Of a DNA stretch of 64,000 bases, positions 28,975 to 39,567 are shown piece after piece (position 1 is the stretch's first letter; each line of letters starts with the position of its first letter). The stretch covers positions 192,001 to 256,000 of the forward strand of contig CAVZIW010000003.1 of the NCBI GenBank assembly GCA_963775465.1, in the 5' to 3' direction. Both the position numbers and the translations under genes were made by a program. A model generated the notes under the pieces. It did not search any database, was not told where the DNA came from, and worked only from the letters and a program-made list of their open reading frames with translations. This DNA comes from Candidatus Bathyarchaeota archaeon (GTDB taxonomy: Archaea > Thermoproteota > Bathyarchaeia > Bathyarchaeales > Bathycorpusculaceae).

Positions 28975-29511
28975 TTGAAAGTCATGGATATTGCACTGCT
29001 ACTCGTTGAAGCTTTGAAATTCATTTTTCCAGCATATTGTGCCAACGGCACACCTGTCCTTGCTGGAGGCGGAACCAAAATGGATTTTGGCAAAAACTTT
29101 ATCGACGGCAAACGCGTTTTTGGCAATAACAAAACTTTCCGCGGTTTTTTTTTCGGGTGGGCAGTTGGGTTTGCTGTTGGCTTAATGGAAGGATTTGTTT
29201 TCGGTTTTGAAAATTTTCCTGTTCTGTTTGCTTTGCTTATTCCGTTGGGAGCGCTTTTGGGAGATTTGACTGGGGCTTTTGTAAAACGTAGATTAAGCAT
29301 TGCTCCAGGAGGCTTGTTACCTATTGTGGACCAGGTTGATTTTGTAGTGGGGGCTGTTGTCTTTTCTCTTCCACTTGCATTGACTATTTGGTCAACTGGT
29401 GTTATTCCTTTTTGGCAGATAGCTGTGGTCGCATTGATTATTACTCCGCCAATTCATCTATTAACTAATTTCTGTGCGTATAAATTGAAGTTAAAGAAAA
29501 ATCCTTGGTAA
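28975..29511 (+). CDS. carS: CDP-archaeol synthase CarS
   Basis: PAYCANGTP, DGKRVFGNNKTFRG, GDLTGAFVKRR, DQVDF and KKNPW motifs. Confidence 0.93.
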   Translation: MKVMDIALLLVEALKFIFPAYCANGTPVLAGGGTKMDFGKNFIDGKRVFGNNKTFRGFFFGWAVGFAVGLMEGFVFGFENFPVLFALLIPLGALLGDLTGAFVKRRLSIAPGGLLPIVDQVDFVVGAVVFSLPLALTIWSTGVIPFWQIAVVALIITPPIHLLTNFCAYKLKLKKNPW

Positions 29512-29527
29512 AAAAAGAATGAACGGT

Positions 29528-29989
29528 TTAGAAAGACTGTCCGCCCGTTGCTTTGAAACCAATAGAGCCTTCTAAGAACAGATAAGCCAAAAGTAAAAAT
29601 GTAACACCGACTACCAGCATCATGTAAGCTTGTCTTGGTTTATATGCACTCTTTGAGCTCTGGTAAACCATAAGTAATCCAACAAATCCTAAAGCATACA
29701 ATATTACCGAGATTAAAGTATCAGATATGAATTGATGACTTATATCCGGATACAGAAAAAAGAATCGCCCGTTTACATAGGCCGAGGGTTGATGAGCTGC
29801 AGCGTCTGGGCCAATCAGAGTGTACAAGCCACCGCCAAAGAGGAATATGGCATATGCGAGCCCTGTTACTGTAACTATGAATGATGAGGGTGCGTTGGTT
29901 GAGACTTTGCGGAACCACCTGCTAAGTGAAAATGATAAGTCTCCGGAAGTTTTCTTAATTTTATTAGACATCTTTGCGCTCTTCCTCAA
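29528..29989 (-). CDS. OST3/OST6/OSTC(DC2)-like three-TM membrane protein
   Basis: FLFGGGLYTLI...FLYPDISHQFISDTLIS..LYALGFVGL pattern resembles eukaryotic OSTC; aglB lies 3.4 kb away. Confidence 0.6.
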   Translation of the reverse strand: MRKSAKMSNKIKKTSGDLSFSLSRWFRKVSTNAPSSFIVTVTGLAYAIFLFGGGLYTLIGPDAAAHQPSAYVNGRFFFLYPDISHQFISDTLISVILYALGFVGLLMVYQSSKSAYKPRQAYMMLVVGVTFLLLAYLFLEGSIGFKATGGQSF

Positions 29990-30185
29990 TTAGGTACTTT
30001 GCTACATCTTTAGCCCATTCTCCAGTTAATGAATTTTTCTGAATGCGCACTAAATATTGAGTCCAAGTAACATCAAAGGCTTTCTTCCAAACCTCAAATT
30101 TCATTAGAAGATTCCTATAAGCCTTCAAATGCAACTCGCAAAACCCCTCTTCAGAGACTTCTACATCACACACTTTACATTTCAT
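29964..30185 (-). CDS. Small zinc-finger protein
   Basis: MKCKVC...FCELH; overlaps the topA stop. Confidence 0.7.
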   Translation of the reverse strand: MKCKVCDVEVSEEGFCELHLKAYRNLLMKFEVWKKAFDVTWTQYLVRIQKNSLTGEWAKDVAKYLIEEERKDV

Positions 30186-32293
30186 CGCTTTGGCTCTCTT
30201 TTTGTCGGGCAATTTTGGTTAAGGCAAAATTTCCAAGGCTTTTTACCTCGACCATAAACGGCGATGGTTGGAGAACCGCAACACTTGCAGTTGTCCAGCG
30301 GTTTAATAGTGCCCTTCTGAGGGAGAGGAAACGAGTTTTTACATTTGCCTTCAAAATAATTTGTGCAGCCTACAAAACGCTTCCCAGATTTTTTAGAACG
30401 TAGAATTATGAGTTCACCGCCGGCACATTCTGGGCAAGCTCCAACGCTTCTTTCTTGCATATTTAATTGGAGGATAGCCAGACTCAATTTTGTGCCTATA
30501 GCTTCTTCTTTTTCTTTTAACGTGGCTGCTACTGTTGATAGCGTTGCAGTTGCAGTTTGGAGGACAGATTGCTTTGTTTCTTTGCCTTGTTGGATAGCCT
30601 CCATTTCTAGCTCAAGGTTTCTTGTTAATTCAGGAGAGATTATTGTCGGACAATATTTTGAGAGAACCTCTGTTACCTTAAAACCAATGTCAGTGACGGC
30701 AAAGTTAGCAGTTCCACTTAGATATTTGCGGTTAAATAATGTCTGAATAGTTGTTGCCCGGGTTGCTTTGGTTCCAATTTGTTCTTTCTCCATCTTCATT
30801 AGTAAGCTGCGAGGATTAAACCTTGCAAGCGGCTTAGTAAAATGTAAATTTAAGGCAACACGCTTAACCTTAACTTTTTCTCCCTCAGCCAATTCAGGTA
30901 CGGATATTTCCTTGAACTGAACGTATGGATTGTAAAATTTTATCCACCCTTGGAACATTGTTCTTTCTGCGCTGTAAAGAAAAATGTTTTCGTTTATGTT
31001 TACTTTTGCATTTATGCTTTGTTTGAGTGCTGGTTCAGCAAATACGGCAAAAAAACGCTTAACAACTAAATCGAAGATATTTCTGTCAACAGTACCGAGT
31101 GGTTTTTCAGAGAGATTCCCAGTTGGGTAAATAGCTGGATGCGCGGGATCGAATTTTTTGCCTTCGTTAGGCTTTAGTAAGGGTTTAGCTAAGAGTTCAG
31201 TTGCAGCTTTGGCGTAAGTTGGTGCTTTGGATAGTTTTTTCAGAATTGTTTGGTAACCTATTGAGGCTGGAAGCTTTTGGCTGCTTGTTCGAGGATAAGA
31301 AATCATTGCATTCAAGTATAAACTTTGCAAAACATTTGAAGTTCTCATAGGAGTATATCTAAAAATACGGTAGGCTTCACTTTGCAAGGTGGTGAGGTCA
31401 AAGGGTACTGGTGGATTTTTCTCAAACATACTTATGTTAACAGCTTCTATAAAGCCTTCTTTAGTCTTACAAGTAGCCTTAACCGCAGATACTTCAGATA
31501 AAGTCTCAAGCGTTTTTTCATATTCAACGTCGAGCGTAACATCGTTTGTTTCTACTTTTGCTGTTATTGTCCAGTATGGTGTGGGTACAAAAGCTTGGAT
31601 GTTTTTTTCCCGTTTTTCTACAAATTTTAAGGTTGGACCTTGAACTCTCCCCGTGCTAAAGGTTGAATAATGGCCCGAACTGCGTTGAACTGCTTGGGTC
31701 AATGCTCTTGATAAGTTTATTCCGTAGAGCCAATCCAGTTCATGCCTTGTTAAACCTGCTTCAACCAAAGCAAAATCTAAATGTGGCAGCAGGTTTGAAT
31801 AAGATTGCTGTAGCTCCTCTTTGGTAAGTGTTGAATATTTCATTCTTTTAGCTACTTGTTCTTTGCCGTTACATGCATACTTCAGAATGTTGTAACCTAT
31901 AATGCTGCCTTCTATGTCAAAGTCGCATGCATCTACAAAGATTTCAGCTTTCTTAGCTAAATCTGAGATAACTTTCAGCCAAATCCTGATTAATGATGTT
32001 TTGCGTTCTGCTTGGTATCGTGGAACCCATTGATAGTCAAAAACTGGATAATCGCGTTTGCCTTTTTGCCTGCATGCTATCGTATATAGATGTCCCAATG
32101 CTGGAACCACCACGATTTTGCCTTTGTTATACGCTTGATAATTGGGTACGCTATTAGTGATTATTTTTTTCGCTTTTCCATTTTCATCTAGGGCATTTGC
32201 TATTTTGTTCGCTGCATCAGGCTTTTCAGTAATAATAAGCGTGTATTTTTCCAAAGACTCAGCAGACGCACTTGGCATTTCAAAAGAAAACAA
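30182..32293 (-). CDS. topA: Type IA DNA topoisomerase
   Basis: TEKP, DFDIEG, STGRVQGPTL, ISYPRT catalytic Tyr and C-terminal zinc ribbons. Confidence 0.95.
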   Translation of the reverse strand: MFSFEMPSASAESLEKYTLIITEKPDAANKIANALDENGKAKKIITNSVPNYQAYNKGKIVVVPALGHLYTIACRQKGKRDYPVFDYQWVPRYQAERKTSLIRIWLKVISDLAKKAEIFVDACDFDIEGSIIGYNILKYACNGKEQVAKRMKYSTLTKEELQQSYSNLLPHLDFALVEAGLTRHELDWLYGINLSRALTQAVQRSSGHYSTFSTGRVQGPTLKFVEKREKNIQAFVPTPYWTITAKVETNDVTLDVEYEKTLETLSEVSAVKATCKTKEGFIEAVNISMFEKNPPVPFDLTTLQSEAYRIFRYTPMRTSNVLQSLYLNAMISYPRTSSQKLPASIGYQTILKKLSKAPTYAKAATELLAKPLLKPNEGKKFDPAHPAIYPTGNLSEKPLGTVDRNIFDLVVKRFFAVFAEPALKQSINAKVNINENIFLYSAERTMFQGWIKFYNPYVQFKEISVPELAEGEKVKVKRVALNLHFTKPLARFNPRSLLMKMEKEQIGTKATRATTIQTLFNRKYLSGTANFAVTDIGFKVTEVLSKYCPTIISPELTRNLELEMEAIQQGKETKQSVLQTATATLSTVAATLKEKEEAIGTKLSLAILQLNMQERSVGACPECAGGELIILRSKKSGKRFVGCTNYFEGKCKNSFPLPQKGTIKPLDNCKCCGSPTIAVYGRGKKPWKFCLNQNCPTKREPKR

Positions 32294-32399
32294 TCATCAC
32301 AAGTATTAAAGTAACTTTTCTCTATCCAGCCAAGTTAAGGCTTAATTATAAAGCAATCAATAAATATTCCATACTCTTCTATATGGCGGGGGATTTGAG

Positions 32400-32570
32400 A
32401 TGCCGCAACGCGTAATTTGCCATGGTTGCAGTCATATTTTATATGAAGGAAATGAGCTAAAACCGCCTGACGAAGTTATTACCCTAAATGGCGGAAAATG
32501 TCCGAAGTGTAATAGAAAACTTTCTTTGTTGCCCATTGGTGTAGAAGTTAAACCAGTTAACAAGCGTTGA
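32400..32570 (+). CDS. 56-aa zinc-ribbon protein (below the ORF track cutoff)
   Basis: Manual translation MPQRVICHGCSHILYEGNELKPPDEVITLNGGKCPKCNRKLSLLPIGVEVKPVNKR, with two CxxC pairs. Its stop overlaps the next start. Confidence 0.8.
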   Translation: MPQRVICHGCSHILYEGNELKPPDEVITLNGGKCPKCNRKLSLLPIGVEVKPVNKR

Positions 32571-33271
32571 AACCTACCTTGGATAATCAGCCTGCAGTAT
32601 CCTTAGGTTTGTCAGTTGAAACTCATTGGGAGACAGCCGCTAAAACCAAAATGGGCAAGTATTTAACTAAACTTGAAACAGCCTTTATCAATAAATCTGT
32701 AATGCTTGACAAAGAAAATTTGACTGTGATGGATGTTGGCGCCGAAGCAGGACGTTTTTCCCTTATGGCATCAAACCACAATGCAACTGTGGTGAGTGTC
32801 GATGTCGATTCTTACGCACTTAAAAGACTCAAACTCAAAGACAAACAAATCAATATTATTCAAGCTGATGCGCGAAAACTTCCGCTAAGAGACGGTCTTT
32901 TCGATGTTGTTTTCATGATTGAAGTGCTAGATTATATTCCTGAACTGCAAGAAGCTTTGTTGGAGTGCAAACGTACGTTAAAAAATAACGCCTCTAGTAT
33001 TCTCTCTTTCGGTAACAAGTCAAGTCTTAAAGCAAAACTGAAATCGATCAAAGGAAAATCTTATCGACACAACTACCGAGAAGTAATAGAATGCTTATCC
33101 GAAACAGGGTTTACAATGAACATGAAAACTGGTTACAGCTGGTTGCCTTTTGGAAGGACTTCTCAAAATCAACTGATTCCTATTTTGGCAGGTGTTGAGC
33201 GATTTTTTGGGTTAAGACGAATTGTTAGGTTTAGTCCCTGGGTTATTATGTATGTAACTAAATCGTCTTAA
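32567..33271 (+). CDS. Class I SAM-dependent methyltransferase
   Basis: MDVGAEAGRF and ADARKLPLRDGLFDVV motifs. Confidence 0.85.
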   Translation: MKPTLDNQPAVSLGLSVETHWETAAKTKMGKYLTKLETAFINKSVMLDKENLTVMDVGAEAGRFSLMASNHNATVVSVDVDSYALKRLKLKDKQINIIQADARKLPLRDGLFDVVFMIEVLDYIPELQEALLECKRTLKNNASSILSFGNKSSLKAKLKSIKGKSYRHNYREVIECLSETGFTMNMKTGYSWLPFGRTSQNQLIPILAGVERFFGLRRIVRFSPWVIMYVTKSS

Positions 33272-33360
33272 TTGCTTGAGCCTTCTTCATGGGTTTTGGA
33301 AAGCCATAAATAAATCGCCAATGTGTAAAATACACACAATCGGAAAATACAGAGAAAGAG

Positions 33361-35664
33361 ATGGCTAAAGTGGGGGACTCAGTTAAGGAACGACTCGGTA
33401 ATAGCTTGTCTATTTTTAGCGGATTACGTATTCAGGTAAGTCACGGAACAATCATAGCTTATTCAGCGTTAATTCTAATTTTCTTTATTGCCTTCACAAT
33501 ACGTATTTTGCCGCTGCGATGGGAAAACCTCTCAGGAGGCACTGCTCTTCTAAATGAGTTTGACCCATACTATCAATTCAGCATAACCCAACACATGGTT
33601 AACGACGGGTTACTATCACCTTATTGGCCAACTCATTGGATAAACACCATGAAATGGTTCCCCGATGGCTTAGACATGTCTACTTCACTTCCAGCTCTGC
33701 CAATGACTGCAGCGGCACTCTACCAAATCTTCTCAGTGTTTGGAGCAAACATTGATTTAATGACATTCACTTCAATACTTCCAGCTGCAATAGCCGTAGT
33801 TTCCTGTTTCATACTCTATCTAGTCGGCAAAGACATGGGTGGACGAACTGTTGGTCTATTCTCGGCGCTATTTCTTGCCTTGGCACCATCGTTTTTACAA
33901 AGAAGTTCTCTGGGATTTTTCGACACTGAAGTCCCCGGTGTACTTGGACTAGTTCTTTTCATTTTCTTGTTCCTTAGGTCATTAGACGGTAATCGAACTT
34001 TGCGCGGATCCATAATGTACTCATTAGGTGCAGCAGCAGCATTAGGATATTTCATCGCAGGATGGGGAGCAGCTTACTACTTGATTGGCCTATCAGTACT
34101 ATTTGTTTTCGTCTTAGTTCTTCTTCGAAGATACAGCCAAAGAATGCTTATCAACTATAGCATAACTTTCGGACTTGCACTTTTTATAGGAACAAAAGTC
34201 CCGTACATATCACTTAGTTACCTCATTTCAGGTGCTGTTCTGCCCGTGGCGGCAATGTTTATCGTGCTTATAGTTGCAGAAATACTGCGTAATAACATCT
34301 CCATGAGAACAAAACTCTCCCTTGCAATAGGTACTATGATTGCAATAATTGCTGGATTTGCCGCCCTATCCCTAACAGGCTTAATGGGTAGCATCGCCGG
34401 AAAATTCATAACGGTTATTGACCCCTTCATCAGAGCATCAAACCCACTCGTTGATTCAGTAGCTGAACAAAGAATTTCAGCTTGGGGAAACATCTACATC
34501 GAACTAGGCATCAGTATACTCTTCTTTTTGGTTGGTCTATATTTCACATTGCGAAATCCAACCAACCGCAACATCTTCTTCCTGCTTTTTGCTGCAACAT
34601 CGCTTTACTTCGCAACATCCATGGTCCGATTGCTAGTGCTTTTCGCACCGGCATTTGCGATAATAGCAAGTATCGGAATCATTGGAACGCTTAAACCATT
34701 TTTCACATTGCTCCAGGAAGCACCAAGAACATTAGCAAAATCAAAACGCAAGTTGGCGCGCGTAAGCAAAGAATACAGCGGTGTAGCCGTATTTCTTTTA
34801 TTTATGATTCTTGTAACGAACTTTGCGTTTTCACCCCAAACAGGCGGAATGCCAAGAGTAGTTGATCAAGCATTCATACCTTTAGCAATCAGTGGTTCTA
34901 GTCTTCCCGTTGGCGGAGCGAACCTCAACGCGCCAGTAGGGACATGGCTGGAAGCAGTTAACTGGCTAAAGGAAAACGTTCCTTCAACCACCGCAGTGGT
35001 AATGTGGTGGGACTATGGCAACTGGCTAAGTGACCTAGGAAACGTAACTAGTTTAGCCGATAATACAACAGTGAATGCTACACAAATACAGAACGTTGGA
35101 TTCACTTTCATGGGTACCGAAAACCAATCTCTAGCAATGCTTAGCGGCTATGGACAAGACCGAGTCAAATACATCGCCGTCTTTACAGTGCTCCAAATAT
35201 CTCAGCAGGATAGTTCAACCTATGTTGCAAGCCCAGCTGGATACGGAGATGAAGGCAAATGGGTATGGATGGCAAGAATCTCAGGACAAGGAGCAGAACG
35301 ATTAGTAGAACAAGGATACATAACTAACGGAACCATGTGGACTGATGAAACTGCATTCGGTGCCACTAATCCAACGACAGGTAGATTTGAATGGAATGAC
35401 CGCGGCTTGAATTGTACTGTCTTTGAATTAATGAACTACGCTGAAGTACAATATGCCAACACTGTAACAGCTGCACTTAGCTCACAAGGAGTATCAGTAA
35501 TACCTGACCAAACAACTACTGAACCAAAATACTTCCAGATGGCAGAATTTGCGGGCATAAACGCATCACCCTACCAATATGGCGGACTAATCCCACTCGT
35601 TGCTATCTACTCAATTGACTGGGCATCATACAACGCAGACAATGGCATAACTCCTCCAACTTAG
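33361..35664 (+). CDS. aglB: Oligosaccharyltransferase AglB (STT3)
   Basis: EFDPYY, GFFDTE, SVAE, WWDYG, ADNTT and DEGK motifs; many TM helices. Confidence 0.95.
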   Translation: MAKVGDSVKERLGNSLSIFSGLRIQVSHGTIIAYSALILIFFIAFTIRILPLRWENLSGGTALLNEFDPYYQFSITQHMVNDGLLSPYWPTHWINTMKWFPDGLDMSTSLPALPMTAAALYQIFSVFGANIDLMTFTSILPAAIAVVSCFILYLVGKDMGGRTVGLFSALFLALAPSFLQRSSLGFFDTEVPGVLGLVLFIFLFLRSLDGNRTLRGSIMYSLGAAAALGYFIAGWGAAYYLIGLSVLFVFVLVLLRRYSQRMLINYSITFGLALFIGTKVPYISLSYLISGAVLPVAAMFIVLIVAEILRNNISMRTKLSLAIGTMIAIIAGFAALSLTGLMGSIAGKFITVIDPFIRASNPLVDSVAEQRISAWGNIYIELGISILFFLVGLYFTLRNPTNRNIFFLLFAATSLYFATSMVRLLVLFAPAFAIIASIGIIGTLKPFFTLLQEAPRTLAKSKRKLARVSKEYSGVAVFLLFMILVTNFAFSPQTGGMPRVVDQAFIPLAISGSSLPVGGANLNAPVGTWLEAVNWLKENVPSTTAVVMWWDYGNWLSDLGNVTSLADNTTVNATQIQNVGFTFMGTENQSLAMLSGYGQDRVKYIAVFTVLQISQQDSSTYVASPAGYGDEGKWVWMARISGQGAERLVEQGYITNGTMWTDETAFGATNPTTGRFEWNDRGLNCTVFELMNYAEVQYANTVTAALSSQGVSVIPDQTTTEPKYFQMAEFAGINASPYQYGGLIPLVAIYSIDWASYNADNGITPPT

Positions 35665-35678
35665 GCAGGAAGAAAACC

Positions 35679-36578
35679 TTGGTATTTCCAAAGGTTCCCG
35701 ACCAGCACAAAGTTGGACGACCTTTAATACCAAATGGTTTAGGCGCTATCTACGTCATAGCCACAATAGTCTATCTTTTCTCGATTTACTTCTTAAATAG
35801 AGTCTTTACTTTGGGGATAGATGCCTCAATAAACAGCGTTTCTGCCGCCTTGACACTTGCAGTTTGCATCCTGTTCGGAGGCTTCATGGGACTTCTCGAT
35901 GATTTTATGGATTTGAAATGGCGATACAAAGCCTTCATGCCGCTGATTGCAGCCCTGCCTTTAATGTATTACGTTTTTGAGGGTCTCCAAACTGGGGCCA
36001 TAAGGACTTCTATATCACTTCCATTTCTGGGAACTATACCTTTTGGAGCCTACTACGTTTTCCTTATAGTCCCCCTAATTGTAATGATTGTCACAAACAC
36101 CGTTAATCAGCTCGGCGGCTTGAACGGGCTAGAAACCATTTGCCCAGCCATAGTTATTTTGGGGTTGATTGCTCTTTCCCCTTCCCCCTCATACATTCTT
36201 ATGATTGGACCCTTAATTTTCTGGTTATTTCTCGCTTATTTTAACGTAAGAGGCAAAATTTTTGTAGGTAACACAGGCTCTTTTGCAATAGGAATAAGTA
36301 TTGCATCTTTCGCTGTAATTTCTGACTTAAAAGTTGACTTGTTAATCTCGATTTTGCCTTTCATTTTCAACTCTTCAATTATACTTCTCTCAGTCTTTTT
36401 CGTCAACAAAAAAGCTTCAGTTACCTTTGACGGAAAAAAACTCTGCTCAGACAGCAGAAAAAGTCTAGTCACCACCATAACTTACCGCCGTCCTTTAACA
36501 GAACGACGAATTGTTCAAATAATCGCTGGCATTGTGGCACTCTTTACCCTTTTAGGAGCCGTAATTCAGTTACTTTAA
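35679..36578 (+). CDS. aglH: UDP-GlcNAc:dolichol-phosphate GlcNAc-1-P transferase (AglH/MraY-like)
   Basis: DQHK...IP, GLLDD, NTVNQLGGLNGLE and IFVGNTGS motifs; directly after aglB. Confidence 0.8.
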   Translation: MVFPKVPDQHKVGRPLIPNGLGAIYVIATIVYLFSIYFLNRVFTLGIDASINSVSAALTLAVCILFGGFMGLLDDFMDLKWRYKAFMPLIAALPLMYYVFEGLQTGAIRTSISLPFLGTIPFGAYYVFLIVPLIVMIVTNTVNQLGGLNGLETICPAIVILGLIALSPSPSYILMIGPLIFWLFLAYFNVRGKIFVGNTGSFAIGISIASFAVISDLKVDLLISILPFIFNSSIILLSVFFVNKKASVTFDGKKLCSDSRKSLVTTITYRRPLTERRIVQIIAGIVALFTLLGAVIQLL

Positions 36579-36782
36579 GTATAAGCCACTATATTGAGGC
36601 TTAACTTTCAGTCTATCGATAAAACGGCACACGTAATAATTGTTAAGCAACCAAGACAGCACAAATTTCCAGATAATAATTCTTTTTATATTGTTTGTGA
36701 TTTGTTTTACAGTCATGATTAACGCACAAGCATTTACAGGTATTAGGACTTTCATTTTCTTAGAGGAGAGCGCCTTTATCTT

Positions 36783-38087
36783 TTGACCTTGGATTCTGCT
36801 TTTTCTTCCAAGGTGCATAGGTCATCTTGGGTTAGTTCAGTTCTCCCTTTTAACATCGCATTAGGCCCTGTAAGCACTCTTGTTCAGTTGTTGATATTAA
36901 ACTTCAACGGAACCGTAGTGGAGGTTGGATTGGCGCTAACCTTGTTTAACGCTGTAAGTATTCCAGCTGCTTTGTTCTGGGGTTTAGTAACGGACCGCTT
37001 TCAACAGCGTCGTCGAATGATTTTAGCTAGTTTCTTGGTAACACCTTTACTTTTAACATTGTTTCTCATTGCTAGAACGAGTTATTCGATTTCTTTCTTG
37101 TATGCATTATTATCTTTCGCCACTGCTGCTTCCACTACTCCACTAAACCTGCTTGTTATGGAAACAGAACAAAAATCTAAGTGGGCTTTAGCCTTCGCAA
37201 GATTTTCCATGATCGTAACAATAGGACAAACGCTTGGTCTGCTTTTAGGTATGGTGTGGACATTCTATATTCCTTTAGATTTATTGGTAATTCCCTTAGC
37301 TGTTTCATCCTTGATTTCAGCTGGGATGGCAGCATTTCTGATTAAAGAACCTAAAATCGTTTTTGAACGCCAAGTCTTGGTTATGCATAAACAAAGTTTT
37401 TTCCATAGGCTCCGTCATTCTCCATACTTATTTCTAAAAATTCCTCAGCACAGGGATTTTAGGAGTGTATTTAGGCATCTTCGGCATGTGCTCATCAGAC
37501 ACACTCCTCTTCTTTATCTTGCCATTTTTGCTTTCTTCTTATCCGCTGGCATCTTTAATACTTCCCTGGTTCCGGCATTAGACTCTATCGGGGTCTCCAA
37601 TTTATTGATTTTCTCCGTGATAATGTTAGGTATGATCGTTCAGATCATTTCGTTTAAATTTGCTGGACCGTACACTGAGAAAAAATCGCCGGTTAAAAGC
37701 GCTATTTGGGGGCTATTACTCAGAGCTGTTGCATATGGTTTGATAGGCGTCTTTGCCTACTTCTTAACTGGTTTTTCGTTTTTACTTGTTGTCTTGATTT
37801 TTTACCCTTTAGCCTCTGGAGTGGCTTATTCAATTTACTATACCGCTTCAAACACTTTGATTTTTTACTCGCTCAGTCCACGACGAAACGGGTCGTCTTT
37901 GGGAGTTTACAGCGCTTTAGCAGGAGCAGCAACTATGTTAGGTTCTTTCTCTTCAGGATTCTTATCGTATTACGGCGGGTTCTATTTAACATTCAGCATT
38001 TCTGCTGTGTGCTTGGTAGTTTCCGCTTGGCTGCTATCATTAATCAATCGTTCAGTTGCAGAACTTGAAACAATTAATTCTGGCTGA
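36783..38087 (+). CDS. MFS transporter
   Basis: About 12 TM segments; WGLVTDRFQQRR motif A. Confidence 0.88.
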   Translation: MTLDSAFSSKVHRSSWVSSVLPFNIALGPVSTLVQLLILNFNGTVVEVGLALTLFNAVSIPAALFWGLVTDRFQQRRRMILASFLVTPLLLTLFLIARTSYSISFLYALLSFATAASTTPLNLLVMETEQKSKWALAFARFSMIVTIGQTLGLLLGMVWTFYIPLDLLVIPLAVSSLISAGMAAFLIKEPKIVFERQVLVMHKQSFFHRLRHSPYLFLKIPQHRDFRSVFRHLRHVLIRHTPLLYLAIFAFFLSAGIFNTSLVPALDSIGVSNLLIFSVIMLGMIVQIISFKFAGPYTEKKSPVKSAIWGLLLRAVAYGLIGVFAYFLTGFSFLLVVLIFYPLASGVAYSIYYTASNTLIFYSLSPRRNGSSLGVYSALAGAATMLGSFSSGFLSYYGGFYLTFSISAVCLVVSAWLLSLINRSVAELETINSG

Positions 38088-38316
38088 TTTTTATATTATT
38101 TGTTCGCTCAACATATGAATAAACTACGTTCAAAAATTCAATAATAGCCAATAAGTACGATGAATCATCGTTATGAAAGAATATTTTTAGACTTTTCGCA
38201 GCTACCTACGATACCACCATTTTGTATTTTCAATTTGTTTCGCAATCAGACGCACACACAAAAATTGCAGCGCCATTTGTTCGATATGTTTTTTACGGTA
38301 AATCGCTAGTGCTAAT

Positions 38317-39567
38317 GTGGGAACAGTTTTGGTGAAACTCAAAGGCTTCCAAAAACTAACTCTAACTGACCAAGCAATGCAAAGTTGGTTTGACGAACTG
38401 CAACTTGGTAAACCTAAAGTAGCAAAAGTTACTTTACAGAATGCCCTAAGTAGAATTTTAGTTGAAGATCTAATTGCACAAGAAGATTTGCCTCGTTTTG
38501 ACAAGTCAGCCATGGATGGCTACGCTGTTAAAGCAGGAAATTTGGTTGGCGCAACTCAATTTAAACCTGTGATTCTCCAGTTAACCGACGCAGAACAAGT
38601 CGGAGTTAACGAAGCTAAGCAGGTTTGGACAGGAAATCCAATTCCCCACGGTGCAGATGCCGTAATTATGATTGAAAACACTCAAAAACATGAAGGGCGA
38701 TTGAATGTTGGCAGTCAACTTGCCCCGGGAGATAACATTTCAAAAAGAGGAGAAGACGTCAAGAAAGGCGATGCTGTAGCTAAAGCAGGCACACGATTGA
38801 ACCCTTACCACATCGGTATGGCAGCAGCATTAGGTTACACTTATCTTAAAGTTGCCCAGAAACCCAAAGTGGCCATCTTGCCCACAGGCAACGAACTCGC
38901 TGAATTGGGCACGGAACGCAAAACAAACCAAATTTACGATTCAAACAAAACCATGATTTCAACAATGTGCAATGAAATAGGTGCAGAAACAGTTGATTGC
39001 GGTTTGGCAAAAGACAACCTTGATGAAATCACCGAGAAAATCCAGAGCGGCCTAAAAAGTAACGACGCAATAATTACCACAGGAGGAACAAGCGTTGGCG
39101 GATTAGACTTGTTGCCTGAAGCAGTTAACAGATTAGGAAAACCGGGGGTAATTATTCATGGAGTTGCATTGCGTCCTGCCATGCCCACCGCCCTTGCGGT
39201 TTTAGATGAAAAACCAGTGCTGATTCTTTCAGGCAATCCAGTGGCCGCAGTAATTGGATTCGAAGTATTCGGCAGACCTCTAATCTGCAAAATGCTTGGA
39301 ATGCCCAAAGAAGAGCCACGTCCCATGGTCTCTGCAAAACTATCAAAAAGAGTAACCAGTGCTCTCGGCAGAAAAACATACATTCGAGTAAAAGTAACCT
39401 TAAAAAACGGCGAATTAATCGCTGAACCCGTAAGTGCAAAAGGCTCAGGTTCAATATCAACAATGACCCAAAGTAACGGTTTTCTAATTGTTCCTGAAAA
39501 TCGAGAAGGAGTTTGCGAAAATGAAACAGTGTTTATCCAGATGTTTAGCAGTTTGGAGTCAGAGTAA
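38317..39567 (+). CDS. moeA: Molybdopterin molybdenumtransferase MoeA, copy 1
   Basis: FDKSAMDGYAV, TGNEL, TTGGTSVG and LSGNP motifs. Confidence 0.93.
   Translation: MGTVLVKLKGFQKLTLTDQAMQSWFDELQLGKPKVAKVTLQNALSRILVEDLIAQEDLPRFDKSAMDGYAVKAGNLVGATQFKPVILQLTDAEQVGVNEAKQVWTGNPIPHGADAVIMIENTQKHEGRLNVGSQLAPGDNISKRGEDVKKGDAVAKAGTRLNPYHIGMAAALGYTYLKVAQKPKVAILPTGNELAELGTERKTNQIYDSNKTMISTMCNEIGAETVDCGLAKDNLDEITEKIQSGLKSNDAIITTGGTSVGGLDLLPEAVNRLGKPGVIIHGVALRPAMPTALAVLDEKPVLILSGNPVAAVIGFEVFGRPLICKMLGMPKEEPRPMVSAKLSKRVTSALGRKTYIRVKVTLKNGELIAEPVSAKGSGSISTMTQSNGFLIVPENREGVCENETVFIQMFSSLESE

Noticed and set aside
36570-36818. 82-aa minus-strand ORF between aglH and the MFS gene
   Set aside because: Low-information AT-rich frame that overlaps both neighbours; more likely promoter DNA.
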